62,204 nucleotides of DNA, filler included, from Pirum gemmata (GCA_002812295.1; 21 parts of 21 records of this genome joined end to end with filler, not necessarily neighbours in it); one strand, 5' to 3'. Shown: positions 34,276-48,462, counted from the whole stretch's first letter. Notes: a model not told the origin generated them from the sequence alone. Numbers and translations are program-made.

Positions 34276-36757
34276 ATGTGATTGTACTGGAACTTGGGAT
34301 TTTTCCACTAATTTCGGTAAGCCGAAATCTTGTCCCGCAGGTCAAAAATTGCATGGAACAAAATGCCAAAACGTGCCTTGCCCAATGAATTCATCAGGCA
34401 ATGCTCAAACTGGATGTAAATGTAACAGTGGTTTCCTGGGTACTATTACTGCAACTAAAAGCGCACCATATTATTCAGGCTCTTGCGCTGATATTAATGA
34501 GTGTGACGAGGGAACACATGATTGTGATCCTAGACAAACTTGTAAAAACACCGAGTCTGGCTTTACTTGTGGAAAATGTCCATCTGGATTCAAACTAGTA
34601 GGCAAAAAATGTGTTGATATCGATGAGTGCGACGAGGGAACACATGATTGTGACGTTAGACAAACTTGTACTAATACTGAACCTGGATTTACCTGTGGGA
34701 AATGCCCGAAAGGATTTAAGCAAGTTGGCAAAAAATGTGTTGATATAAATGAGTGCACCGACAACACACATGATTGCGATCCTAGACAAACTTGTAAAAA
34801 CACCGAACCCGGTTTTACTTGTGGAAAATGTCCATCTGGGTTCAAACTAGTAGGCAAAAAATGTGTTGATATTGATGAGTGCGACGAGGGAACACATGAT
34901 TGTGACGTTAGACAAACTTGTACTAATACTGAACCTGGGTTTACCTGTGGGAAATGCCCGAAAGGATTTAAGCAAGTTGGCAAAAAATGTGTTGATATAA
35001 ATGAGTGCACCGAAAGCACACATGATTGTGATCCCAGACAAACTTGTAAAAACACCGAACCTGGCTTTACTTGTGGAAAATGTCCATCTGGGTTCAAACT
35101 AGTAGGCAAAAAATGTGTTGATATTGATGAGTGCGCCAAGGGAACACATGATTGTGACGCTAAACAAACTTGTACTAATACTGAACCTGGTTTTTCCTGC
35201 GGGAAATGTCCGAAAGGATTCAAACAAGTCGGTAAAAAATGTGTTGATATAAATGAGTGCACCGACAACACACATGATTGTGATCCTAGACAAACTTGTA
35301 GAAACACCGAACCCGGCTTTACTTGTGGAAAATGTCCATCTGGGTTCAAACTAGTAGGTAAAAAATGTGTTGATATTGATGAGTGCGATGAGGGAATACA
35401 TGATTGTGACGCTAAACAAACTTGTACTAATACTGAACCTGGGTTTACCTGCGGGAAATGTCCGGAAGGATTCAAACAAGTCGGCAAAAAATGTGTTGAT
35501 ATTGATGAGTGCGCCAAGGGAACACATGATTGTGACGTTAAACAAACTTGTACTAATACTAAACCTGGGTTTACCTGTGGGAAATGTCCGAAAGGATTCA
35601 AACAAGTCGATAAAAAATGTGTTGATATAAACGAGTGCACCGACAACACGCATGATTGTGATCCTAGACAAACTTGTAAAAACACCGAACCTGGCTTTAC
35701 TTGTGGAAAATGTCCATCTGGGTTCAAACTAGTAGGCAAAAAATGTGTTGATATTAATGAGTGCGATGAGGGAACACATGATTGTGACGCTAAACAAACT
35801 TGTACTAATACTGAACCTGGATTTACCTGCGGGAAATGCCCGAAAGGATTCAAACAAGTCGGCAAAAAATGTGTTGATATAAATGAGTGCACCGACAACA
35901 CACATGATTGTGATCCTAGACAAACTTGTAAAAACACCGAACCTGGCTTTACTTGTGGAAAATGTCCATCTGGGTTTAAACTAGTAGGCAAAAAATGTTT
36001 TGATATTGATGAATGCGACGAGGGAACACATGATTGTGATGCTAAACAAACTTGTACTAATACTGAACCTGGATTTGCCTGCGGGAAATGCCCGAAAGGA
36101 TTCAAACAAGTCGGCAAAAAATGTGTTGATATAAATGAGTGCACCGACAACACACATGATTGTGATCCTAGACAAACTTGTAAAAACACCGAACCTGGCT
36201 TTACTTGTGGAAAATGTCCATCTGGGTTCAAACTAGTAGGTAAAAACTGTGTTGATATAAATGAGTGCACTGAGGGAACACATGATTGTGACGCTAAACA
36301 AACTTGTACTAATACTGAACCTGGGTTTACCTGCGGGAAATGCCCGAAAGGATTTAAGCAAGTCGGCAAAAAATGTGTTGATATAAACGAGTGCACCGAC
36401 AACACGCATGATTGTGATCCTAGACAAACTTGTAAAAACACCGAACCTGGCTTTACTTGTGGAAAATGCCCTAATGGATTCGAACTAGAAAATGGGAAAT
36501 GTAAACCATGTGTTACTGGATATTATTTCGATTCGGCCAATCAAACCTGTAAAACCTGTAATACCGATCCAATCAAAGCTATTTCAAACTGTGCTACAGT
36601 GGCTTCTTGTTCGGGCCACAATGGTAAATCAAAAGTAGTTTGTGCCACTTGTCCGCCTGGAAAAAGTTTGAAAACTGGGCAGTGCGTCGAAAATGCTAAG
36701 CAATGCCGCCGATCAAAAGTCAAAGCAGCGAAAGTGAAACGCGCAGCAAACAATTAA
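34276..36757 (+). CDS. Extracellular protein with 16 tandem calcium-binding EGF-like repeats, last exon
   Basis: 16 x 42-aa units D(I)(N/D)EC..GTHDCD..QTCxNTEPGFTCGKCPxGF...KKC at ~34489-36505. AG acceptor at 34274-34275, TAA at 36755-36757. Confidence 0.95.
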
Positions 36758-38138
36758 AATTTTTAAAAAAAAAAAATTANNNNNNNNNNNNNNNNNNNNN
36801 NNNNNNNNNNNNNNNNNNNNNNNTTAATTAATTAANNNNNNNNNNNNNNNNNNNNNNNNNNNNNNNNNNNNNNNNNNNNATTTGGGTTCACTTAAACCAC
36901 AAAGTAAACCAAAGCTGTTGAATTTAAACGAATAAGACTAGAGAGTACTCTGTAGCTAAAAATAATATTGGCTTTCCGAGGGCGGGTGGTTCGTTTACCC
37001 AAACTACCGTATAGCTCGAAACTGTAGCAAAAATTTTAGCTAAAATCTACTAAAAGGACTCGCTCACCAAAGATACCAGTTCAAATAATACGTCACGTCA
37101 AGGGGTAGGTTAGGTAGGTGGTATTTGACCGGAAATTATTAACGTCGAGGGGTAGATTTGACCATATAACTCCATATACATATTTACTACAGCTAATGTC
37201 AGCTATACAACTGAGCTGGCTACAACTACTGCTATTCATGTTTAATATGTATTACTTGACATTGTAGAGTCGGATTGTAGACTTATTAATACTTTTTTTC
37301 TTTTTTTAATTAAATTTTATAAAAATCGAAACGAGCTAGTCTAAAAGAATAGAGGACGTGTGGAGGAACTGAAGTTTACAAATTAGAAGTTATAGAACCG
37401 GAAGAAACTATCAATTATATTAATTTAATCATTAAAAGTATAAAAACGGTACCTTTTCAGAAGCTAGGAAAGGTTAGGGTTAGGGTAGGGTTATTAGGGT
37501 AAAAAAAGGTTCGGGTTAGGGTTAAGGTTCGGGTTAGGGTTAAGGTTCGGGTTAGGGTTAAGGTTCGGGTTAGGGTTAGGGTTAGGGTTAGGGTTAGGGT
37601 TAGGGTTAGAGTTATAAGAGTTAGAGTTAGGGTTAGGGTTAGGTTAAGGACTGTTAAGGTTATAAGGGTTAGGGTTAGGGTTAGGGTTAGGGTTAGGGTT
37701 ATAAGAGTTAGGGTTAGGGTTAGGGTTAGGGTTAGGGTTAGGGTTATTAAATTAGGGTTAGGGTTAGGGTTAGGGTTGGGGTTGGGGTTAGCAAACTGGA
37801 GAAGTTTTTTGGAGAAGTTTTTTGTGAATATGTTATTTTTATGTTTTCTCGAAAAGCCCGTAATTATTATTATTATTTCAAGCGAGCCGTATAAAATTTA
37901 TGAAAAATACAAGGACTTCAAAAAAAAAACTTTGAAGTCCTTGAAAAATATCAAGGTATTAGTAAAAGTAAAATCATTTACAAAAACTGCTAATGTATGT
38001 TGATTTAATTTGTCAACGCCATCTTTTCCTTGAATACCAGTTGCTCCTTGTACTAAACCGAGATCGTGTTTTTTATTATTTTTATCATATATGCCAGATG
38101 ATACGTAAAATTCTGTAAGATAAAATTTGTTAGACCAC

Positions 38139-38209
<71 letters not shown>

Positions 38210-38448
38210 TTTTCCCATTTTTTCTTTTTTCTTCAGTTTTTGTTTTCATATTTTATAATTATTATGACAACTTGCTTTTATTTATTTATTTATTATTATG
38301 TATTTATTTTTACTACCCACGTGAGGTCTAAAGTAAGAAGCTAATGCGTATGACGTCACCGCAATATATATAGGGCCTGCGGGGATATACGGGAAAGAAA
38401 GAAAAGGGGCCACAAGCCCCACACCCAATCCAAGCCCGCAAGAGTAAT

Positions 38449-38481
<33 letters not shown>

Positions 38482-38539
38482 TAGTAATAAATAGATTCAT
38501 AGCTTTTATTATTGTGTGTATATCATGTATATCATGTAC

Positions 38540-39562
38540 TTAGGTGTTCTTACCAGAGACAATGCAGATGTTCTTTGTAAGCATAGTATGAACGTTTTTA
38601 AACCTCTTTGCCGCCGGTTGAGATTCGGTTATTGGAACCGCTGATCGTTTAGAAACACAAGTGTTACGCACTTTTTCATGCGTAGGGTTAACCAAACCAC
38701 TAACGGATTTGCTTTTTTTACAGTTTTCGCATTTTTTCTTCTTGGTATTAGTATTAGTATTAATATTAGTGTTGATATTAGTGTTGATATTAGTATTAGC
38801 ATTAGTACTATTAGTATTAGTATTAGAATTAGCATTAGTAATAGTATTAGAATTAGAATTAGTAGTAGTAATAGTATTAATATTAATATTAGGGTTAGAG
38901 TCAGGGTTAGGGTTCGTATCATTACTATTACTATTACTATTATTGAAACTATTATTATTAATATTAGTGGTATTAGTGGTATTTTTTTTTTTTCAATTCA
39001 GCTAGAACCCACCTTTGCAAAAGTTCTATTTTGTTGTTATCTATACAATAAGTTATGGTAACTTTATCCGTTTGCAAAATATCACCCTCAATTTTAGTAG
39101 GTTGGAAAATTTGAAACCAACTTCTTCTTTGTTTTTGTTGATACATGTCATGGAATCTCAAGGCAATGTCTATGGCGTTGTGACTAAGTGAAATAGTTTT
39201 CTAAAAGAGTTGGTTTTGGTTTTTCGTTTTCTGTGATTCTCTTCCATCTTCATCTTCAGAAACATTAATAACAGGTATACCCACGTAATGTGATGTCTTA
39301 TTTTTTCGGTTTTTGAATTTGTTCNACATCTCTGTATGACTAAATATTTGGTTATTCATTTGAGAACAAAAGCACCAAACTTCGACAAATTTCTGTATGA
39401 CTTTGTTCTTATTGGTTTTATTTCGCAAAGTGTTAAAAAACAATTCTCCCACATAATTTTCATAATGAGAAAATTCGAAGTCTATCTTTGCTGGTTTGAT
39501 TCTGTGCATACTTAAATACTCAAACTTGATATTTTCTCTCATGTCAAGTTTTGAATAATTAC
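38540..39562 (-). CDS. Unknown multi-exon gene or pseudogene (exon ~39011-39562 with in-frame TAG; last exon ~38540-38741)
   Basis: The ORFs 39201-39542 and 38973-39161 share a frame. The downstream exon reads KKKCENCKKSKS...QPAAKRFKN...*, with CxxC and an NLS-like motif. Confidence 0.45.
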
Positions 39563-39581
39563 TGTTACGGTTATTACTAAC

Positions 39582-39617
<36 letters not shown>

Positions 39618-42609
39618 NNNNNNNNNNNNNNNNNNNNNNNNNNNNNNNNNNNNNNNNNNNNTTAATTAATTAANNNNNNNNNNNNNNNNNNNNNNNNNNN
39701 NNNNNNNNNNNNNNNNNGTCGATGGTCAGGTAGGTAGGTGGTATTTTGACGGGAAATTAACTTTTTTTAAGGGGTAGATACTAGGTAGGTAGTGGGTATT
39801 TGACCGGAAGTTGGCGTCACGTAGTATTTGAACGCTCCCTATTGGTTAAAAAAAAAAAAAAAAAAAAAAATCAACAACCAAATTTGTATAATGATTAAAA
39901 AAAAATGTTCGATCAAAGCCAAGATCTACTATTGGGTTTCTACAGTCCCCTCATCTTTAATTTGGTATTGTTTAAGTGTACAATTGAACTTGTTTATAAA
40001 ATATAATATTTAATATAAAATACCAAATTAATTAAAAAATGTCCGATAATTAATAATTTGGTATGTTTATTTCAGTTTTGAACTGAGCGATACCACTACC
40101 TAGAGACCCTCTAGCTAGCTAGCTATCATAAGATTCATAACTGTATCTAACTGTACAGCTAGCTAGATCCTTTCAGCAGCTAGATTTTACAAATTTCCGC
40201 CGCTTTTATTATTATTATTATAGCTATTTTTTCGGGATTCATTAATGACGTCATCCTAAATACTATTTTTTTAATATATCATAATAATAATAAAATTATA
40301 ATATGAAAATTTGAAGCTTTTAGATTGCAATCTCAGCCATTAAAATGGCAATCTGTAAAAGGTTGTTTTGTCATCATAAAATATACAATAAATAGTAGCA
40401 AATTAATACAATATAAACCCATTTAGTTTAATTTGGTATATTTTATTATTTATTTATTTATTTAAAAATGACATTTTAAATATTATAACCCACCAAATAA
40501 ATATTCATACTGAGTCTTCTTCCCTAATCCTACGATAATCAGGGCGTCACTTAAATCTTACCTATGCCTCTTTGCCCAAAACACTTTTGGTCATGGTTTT
40601 AAAGTTCATTTTAATAATTAATTGTTGTCTAAAACAGTTTAAGTCACACTTTCGAGCAATGATTTCTATCAAAGAAAAAGTGATGTTCAAACAACGAAAA
40701 CTTGGACCTCGAGCAAAATGGAGTTCAAAAATCCAAAAAATCTCAAAATGATCCAATTTTAAAATAAAAGTACTACCAAAATTTTAGAAATGTTTTGACT
40801 AAGAAAACTCTATTATGAACCAATAGCTAGTTTTTAAAAATAATTTGGCTAGTTATAATAGCATTAAAGATTTCCACAGGTTTATCTGGCTTGGCTATCG
40901 CTGTCAATATAAATCTATATGTATATTGTAACGCCAATTTCCGGTCAAATACAGCTTCAAATACCCTACCTAGCTACCCCTTGACGTTTATTTCTGGTCA
41001 AATGCCGCCTACCTACCTACCTCTTGACGTGACGTATTATTTGGACGTTTTTTTTCACGAGTTGAAGAGTTTTATAATATTATCATATCATACTAAAATA
41101 AACATTACAAACTTATCAGGTAAATATCCTATTTTTCTAAAAAAAATTTAAACTTTGATTAATGACGTCGACATTTTCAGGAAAAAAAAAAAAAGTATTA
41201 ATACACACATATGCATTATTAATTAATATACTTATTATATATTATATTATTATAGATTTCTTTTACGAATATAATGATTAATTAAAACGAGCACTTCCTA
41301 ACATGCACACATACATACAAATCCTTAACCCTAACCCAGCTCCAAAATGGAGTTGGTACTAATTATAATAATACGGATCCGGAACGATAAAAAAAAGGTG
41401 GCGCAGTGAATCCTGTTGAAGACCAATTATTAATACAAAAGAAAAGAAAAATCAAATCGACACTAGCTAGTACACATGATCACCAATCATTATTGCAAAC
41501 ACCTATATGAAATTAATACTACTACAGGTAGCTATAAGTGTCGTCACCTGTGCAATAGAGCGATTAAAAGCCTAAGTATAAGCTTAATTAAAGTTTTGTA
41601 AATGGCCTGCTTCAAACGGGATTTAGCGAAAACCTCAACTACCAAAAGATGATGTTACCCAACATTAATACGGAACAATCAAGTAGTCTAAAAGACACAT
41701 TTCCTAATATATTTACACTGCAGCTGCTTCGAACGAAATTAGTGCACATAAACCCTCGCAGTTGAAGCTAATTATAACCACCAAGACTGCATTTTCTCAA
41801 AGGAAAAGAAAATTCAAGTTAACGGTAATACATGTATGGAAATACTATAGGTAAGTGTTGCTTGGTTGGTACGAGTAATGGTACGAGCAAGTAAAAGGTG
41901 TTGTAAATAATCTGTAAACTACTCAAATAAGCTTTAAAAGGTACCAGACGCCGATCTTGTAAAGCAAATCTCTCTGAAGTTGAAACTAAAGAAGAAAGCT
42001 CAATTTTCAAACATTGAATTTTCGCAAAGGACTGATTCAGACGAGATTTTAATATCATAACAAAATAATAAAAAATAAACAATAAGATTAATTAAAATAG
42101 CAAAAAGCAAAAAACAGAACCACCACAGTACCCACACACACCCTTGAATATAACAACAGCAACAGCAACAGCAATTGCGACAGCAACAACAAAAATAACA
42201 ATAATACCATAAAAATACAATACGATAATTAATCAAATTTGTTGGTCAAATCCAATTTAATTTTGTACACTAGCAAAAAAATTAAAAGTAGATTACTATA
42301 TACCTTTTTTCTAGACTTAAAAAAATACATTTCTTTATTTTCCGATTTTCTGCACTTTTTTTAATAAAAAAATCGCAGCTTTAAGTTTTGGTTATACTGG
42401 CATTTATATATATATATATATATATATCAAGGGCCGAAAGACCCACATTTGGTTCCATATATATATATTCCTTATTTTTTNNNNNNNNNNNNNNNNNNNN
42501 NNNNNNNNNNNNNNNNNNNNNNNNTTAATTAATTAANNNNNNNNNNNNNNNNNNNNNNNNNNNNNNNNNNNNNNNNNNNNTAAATAAATAAATAAATAAC
42601 TAACTAAAC

Positions 42610-42644
<35 letters not shown>

Positions 42645-42647
42645 AAC

Positions 42648-42678
<31 letters not shown>

Positions 42679-42875
42679 TAACATTGAAAAAATAGAAATT
42701 TAAAATAATATTAATAATATTAATTAACAACAATAATTATTGCAACAATGGTAGCAACAACGATAATATTATAGATAATAACAAATAACAATAAAAACTA
42801 ACAAAAACAATAATTATAACAATAATTATAACAATAATAATAATAATAATAATAAATAATAAATAATAAAAAATA

Positions 42876-42910
<35 letters not shown>

Positions 42911-43396
42911 TAACAACAGTATTGTATAATAATAATAATAATACGAACCCAAGTCATAGATTACCAGCTTAGCTTGTAACTACTAGCTAGACTAAGCTAG
43001 TAGTCTAAGTAGAGTCTATCACTTGTTTAGGAGTTGGGACCTTTTAGTTTGGACCTGTAGGGGCTGGTATCTGAAAGACTGAATCACCGATATGTTATTG
43101 GTTTAATTCTCTTTTTGGATTTTCCGATTTTTAGGAATCTGAAATCCGAAGCCAATTAATTCCCTAGAGACAATTCAGAGCCAATTCAGAGCCAATTCAG
43201 AGCCAATTCCCTCAAAGCCAATTCCGATACAGGATTCTGCAACAGGAAACAGGATTCCGGTTGTGGGCCACTTGGTTGTGGAGTTAGTGGATACTGGTCC
43301 ATTACTGGATATCAATACTTACAGTATACTTACTACTTTTTTTTAGCTCGGAGCTGATGAGTATGTTGAAAGTTGAAAGTTGAAACCCTTTGGGGA

Positions 43397-43463
<67 letters not shown>

Positions 43464-44359
43464 CGAGTTCTATTATGGCTTTTGGCTTTGCTTCACTCAT
43501 TGGCTTATAACTTCGAAAATTTTTTTAGTTGTCGTTCGGGTGTGAGGCTCTAGTTATCTACCAATCACAAATGATAACTGAAGAGGGGTGTAAGATTATG
43601 ATACTAGTAATAAGTAGGAGATATGTATTGGGATAGGAGGAGACAAGGGATAGGAGATACTGATAGGAGATATCTACAATTCTACTTTTTTTTGTACTGT
43701 TATACACTCTACAAACTATACGTCACGTCAAGGGGTAGGTAGGTAGGTGGTATTTGACCGGAAATTAACGTCGAGGGGCAGGTAGGTAGGGGTATTTGAA
43801 GCTGTATTTGATCGGAAATTGGCGTTATGTAGTATTTGGACAGTTCCTTATCAAACCAAAAAAAAAAAAAAGGATGGAGAAAATCTATGTGATATTGAGC
43901 GATACGTTGGTTTTGTCATCATAAGTTATTTAAATTAATATACAATAAAGAGTACCAAATTAAAACAATATAAATCCATTTAATTTAATTGGTATATTTT
44001 ATTATCTATTTATTCATTTAAAAATGACAATTTAAATATTATAACCAACCAAATAAATATTCTGAGTGACAAACTAAATGAAATGCATAAGCTAGAGAGT
44101 CTAATTATAGTTTTTAACTATCCATTTTTGTAATTATACATTATAAAGTGATGTTATTTCTATATTAAGTGTTTGATTTTACAAAAATAGTAGATAGTTG
44201 GGTTTACTAACTTGTTTATTAATAATTAAACTGAATAATGACGTTTATTGAATATTGCAAGAAAAACAATCAAAAATGGCTCTGCCATAATTCACCCAGA
44301 GACCATGCCAAGTATAAGAAAAATTTAATGTTTTTCACTTTCAATTAATAGTGTTGTCC

Positions 44360-44498
44360 AGCTCAAAAACTGAAATAAACGTCAAATTATTATTATGGTT
44401 AATAAACAGCTCAAAAACTGAAATAAAAGTCAAATTATTATTATGGTTAATAAACAGCTCAAAAACTGAAATAAACGTCAAATTATTATTATGGTTAA
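44360..44498. repeat. 48-bp tandem repeat, 3 copies
   Basis: cagctcaaaaactgaaataaacgtcaaattattattatggttaataaa occurs three times. Confidence 0.95.
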
Positions 44499-44764
44499 AC
44501 TGTTAAGAACTATCAGACATGACTTAGACAGTACGAAATTAAAGATTGAGATAAACTATAAAATTACAGGACCAGATTTCGAAACCCCTTTCGGTCCAGA
44601 TTCTGTAATAATCTGAATATATATGAAAATGGTAACTTTTAATTTAAAAAACAAAAGTTAACTTATTTTACATTGATGTTGCTATCTGTACATGTGCTTT
44701 GTGGTTTCTTCTTCTTTGCTTTCACATGCATTTTTTGAGAACCGAAACTTATAATTCGAAATCT

Positions 44765-45028
44765 GGAGATACGAGAAAAATAATCGAATCAAATAGCTCG
44801 ATTCTAATTATTAAATAGTGACTATTTTGAAATGATATTCATTTTTTTTCGAGTTTCAAGTTTTTTCTATGAAATTTCTATTCATTTTTTTTCGAGTTTC
44901 AAGTTTTTTCTATGAAATTTCTAAGATTTTTTTTTATGAAATCAAAAGTGAGTCAATACTTAAAATTAGATCGAAATTTTTTGAAAGTTTCGAACTAGTC
45001 TCAATTCGATGGTTTTTCCCGCATCTCC
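44765..45028 (+). mobile_element. Complete MITE family D (~264 bp)
   Basis: TIRs GGAGATACGAGAAAAATAATCGAAT / ATTCGATGGTTTTTCCCGCATCTCC. A solo end lies at 17044-17072. Confidence 0.8.
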
Positions 45029-45406
45029 CGTCCCATTTTGTAATATAATAAAATAGTCAACATACTGGTATCAATAACCGACAAGCGAGCTGGACCTCAT
45101 TTTTAGTTTTCTGGTTTCTGAATCAAAACTACTATTACTTGTTCGATTCAGGTTTCGAATTCTTGTACCATTTTATAGTTTATAATAATTATCGTCAACA
45201 TGGTTTTAGCTTTACAATTCGAATATAAGTATAGTCAACATAGTTATATTTCGAAATCTCGAACCATTTTATAGTAACAAAAAAATTATAATAATAATAA
45301 TATTAANNNNNNNNNNNNNNNNNNNNNNNNNNNNNNNNNNNNNNNNNNNNTTAATTAATTAANNNNNNNNNNNNNNNNNNNNNNNNNNNNNNNNNNNNNN
45401 NNNNNN

Positions 45407-45437
<31 letters not shown>

Positions 45438-45440
45438 CGA

Positions 45441-45825
45441 GATGGAGAATTGGAGAGATTTAACTATGTAAGTGATAAGAGATACGAATTGCCTGTTGAA
45501 AATAATTCATTTAACATTCCTATCCCTAAACCTGCGTTTTCTCTATCGTCTAGTTATTGTTTTGATGTAGTTCCTTACAGTAAAAACAGAGCTGACCGAC
45601 ATATTAAATATAAAGCCTCTCCATCCACCATAAAAGGAAATGGTTTTGCTGAATATGGAAATACTAGTAGTATAAATGGATATCATTTTGACGAATATGG
45701 AAACTTTACTTGTAACAAAATGAAATTGATTGAAGATTTTGATTTTGATATTGTTGACAATGCTATCCAAAGTGGCAATCCTAGTACATTTTATGAAAAC
45801 GGGAATTATATTGTGGAGTTGGACT

Positions 45826-45827
<2 letters not shown>
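45441..45827 (+). CDS. Last exon of an unknown protein
   Basis: About 128-codon non-repetitive open frame after an (AAT)n intron tail, ending TAG. No domain recognised. Confidence 0.55.
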
Positions 45828-45887
<60 letters not shown>

Positions 45888-46009
45888 GTTTTTTTTTGTT
45901 TTGCTATTTATATGTAATATTATATATTAAATTTTAGGGTTAGCGTTGAGGTTAACGTGTTGTTGTTAGCGTTAAGGTTAACATTATCGATAGCGTAAGC
46001 GTTAGCGTT

Positions 46010-46550
46010 GGGTTAGGGTTGGGATTGGGGATAATTGATAAGTGATTCGCATTTATAATAACTTATAAGTGTTCACTTTCACGGCCGAATCCTCCTCCTG
46101 TACCTCTTGTATTTAGTTATTTTACAGTTTATTTATAATTACGGATTTCAATTGATCTGGAAAACATAGAAATAATATTATTATTAAAATTAATTTGAAG
46201 TTAGGTTAGCGTTGGGATTGGGGATAAGTGATTCGCATTTGTAATAACTTATAAGTATTTACCTTCACGGCCGAATCCTCCTCCTCTACCTCTTCTTGTA
46301 TTTAGTTATTTTACAGTTTATATTTATAATTACGGATTTCAATTCATCTGAAAACCATAAAAAATAATTTTAAATTAATTTAAAGTTGGGTTTGGGTTGG
46401 GATTGGGGATAAGTGATTCGGATTTGTTCACTATCCTCCTCCTTTACCTCTTGTATTTAGTTATTTTACAGTTTATTTATAATTATGGACTTCAATTGAT
46501 CTGGAATTTAAACATAAAAATAATATTATTAATAAAATTAATTTAAAAAA
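46010..46550. repeat. ~185-bp tandem repeat, 3 copies
   Basis: ttgggattggggataa...gtgattcg...tcctcctcc...tgtatttagttattttacagttta occurs three times. Confidence 0.92.
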
Positions 46551-46870
46551 TTTTTAAATTTGAATTGATAATAAAATTGATAATCTATATTATTATTTCT
46601 AACTCTAACTAACCCTCTAACTTGACTATTATTATATAATACAATAGGGACAATATAGTATACATCGTAAGGTCCTCATTAACTAACCCCTCGTCCCCTA
46701 ACCCTAACCCTAACCCTAACCCTAACTAAGGTCCCCATTAACTAACCCCTCGTCCCTAACCCTAACCCTAACCCTAACCCTAACTAAGGTCCCCATTAAC
46801 TAACCCCTCGTCCCTAACCCTAACTCTAACTAACCCTTTAACTTGACTATTATTACAATAGGGACAATAG

Positions 46871-47104
46871 CAGTAGGGGTGAGATATCTACTGGAACTTT
46901 TTTCGAACAGATGCTTATCGAGCCAACCTTAGTTCCGTGTTCCTTACTAATAATAGCAGTTAAATAACTTAAAATAGTAAATCTAATTATAGTAGGTACC
47001 AATTAAAGTAACAATATTAACATTAATAGTAATAAAAACCATAAAATCGGAAAAGTTCCGGCAGCTGTTCGGTAATAATAAAATGACGTCATCTCACCCC
47101 TACT
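46871..47104. mobile_element. Non-autonomous DNA transposon F with a 7-bp TSD (hAT- or P-like)
   Basis: TIR AGTAGGGGTGAGAT / ATCTCACCCCTACT, flanked by ACAATAG on both sides (46864-46870 and 47105-47111). Confidence 0.75.
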
Positions 47105-48462
47105 ACAATAGTAAACATTGTACAATAATATATACCCCTATGAGGCTATCTAGGACCCAAACCCTTATAGTACCCTTATTCTTGTTTTTTTATTGGAGTA
47201 AAGTTTTTTAAATTCTTTTTCGATTGGTTTGATTTGTTGATCAGCGAATTATTTACTTAATTAATTTTCGCATATTTTTTCGCATATTTTCAAGATTTTC
47301 CCTCCCTGGCTAATGTGGCTATACTCTGGCTATAGTAGGCTTAGTAGCTACAGCCTATCATAGCTAGCTAGCTAGCTAGTAGTCGAGTCTAACCCTAACT
47401 CTAACCCTAACTAACCCTAAGGGCCCTAAGGGCCTAACCACCCTAACCCTAACCCTAACCCTAACCCTAACCCTAACCCTAACCCTAACCCTAACCCTAA
47501 CCCTAACCCTAACCCTAACCCTAACCCTAACCCTAACCCTAACCCTAACCCTAACCCTAACCTAACCTAACCTTAACCCTAACCCTAACCCTAACCCTAA
47601 CAGCTGACCCTAACAGCTACCTAACCCTAACTAACCCAGGCTAACCAGCTACCACTATCATAGCTATCATAATAATATGATAGTATCATAGCAGTACTGA
47701 AACTAGTAGCTAGCTAGTAGCGAGCTGCAGTAGCTAAGTAGCTGAGCTAAGTCAGTAGTAGACGGATTTGTGATTTTCCTTTTGGGCAAAAAAATTACAT
47801 CATCAAACATCTTTAGAGCCCCGTTTATAGAAATAAAAAATGACCCTTTATTTTTAATTTGCAAGGTAGTTACTTTATTTTGTGATATCTATTTGGTGTG
47901 TTTTGTTTAATTAGGTACTTTTTAAATTTTTTTTGGCGCTTTGTAATATTTTAAATTTTCTGGAACCTTTATTCTGAATCTGTTACAATATGCTATAAAA
48001 TGCAATGTTTTTTTTTTTTTTTTCGTTTCAGCCTACCTGTTAGATTATTATTCCTTATGTAGTATAGGAATNNNNNNNNNNNNNNNNNNNNNNNNNNNNN
48101 NNNNNNNNNNNNNNNTTAATTAATTAANNNNNNNNNNNNNNNNNNNNNNNNNNNNNNNNNNNNNNNNNNNNTGTTTTGTTGTTTTGTTGTTTTGTTGTTT
48201 GTTATTTTTGTTATTATTGTTATTTGTGTTTGTTATTCGTGTTAGTTATTGTTATCATTGTTATCATTGTTAGCATTGTTAGCATTGTTATTATTTTTAT
48301 TATTTTATCTTTGCTATTTTTCTGTTTTTGTTGGAATTATTACCGTTATTAGAATTATTAGCATTGATTAAATTTTAGAATGGACAGCATTGTTCACTAT
48401 TATTTTCATATTATATTTTGTTAACTGAATTTGTTTTTATTCTTTTTTGTTATTATTACCAG

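Noticed and set aside
34471..36441. 656-aa antisense ORF over the EGF array (also 19641-20705 over CBP and 54529-55295 over the SapA gene)
   Set aside because: Shadow ORFs caused by repetition and codon bias of the real gene on the other strand.
26745..36757. Apparent cluster of surface or secreted genes (LRR, M6 protease, EGF array) as one system
   Set aside because: The genes are on different contigs separated by artificial linkers, so there is no evidence of linkage.
37898..38218. ORF with a collagen-like GATGIQGKDG, possible viral fibre remnant
   Set aside because: Only three G-X-Y triplets, the N-terminus is a poly-A run, and there are no viral hallmark genes nearby.
39201..39203. Stop-codon reassignment (non-standard genetic code)
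   Set aside because: Long conserved exons (CBP-like, EGF, GH114, M6) have no in-frame stops, and genes end in TAA, TAG (RPE) and TGA (LRR).
41560..42082. Coding-like stretch
   Set aside because: All frames I read are interrupted by stops and no motif is recognisable. It may be a decayed gene but cannot be supported.
47390..47640. True chromosome telomere
   Set aside because: The tract is internal, with unique sequence on both sides within the contig.
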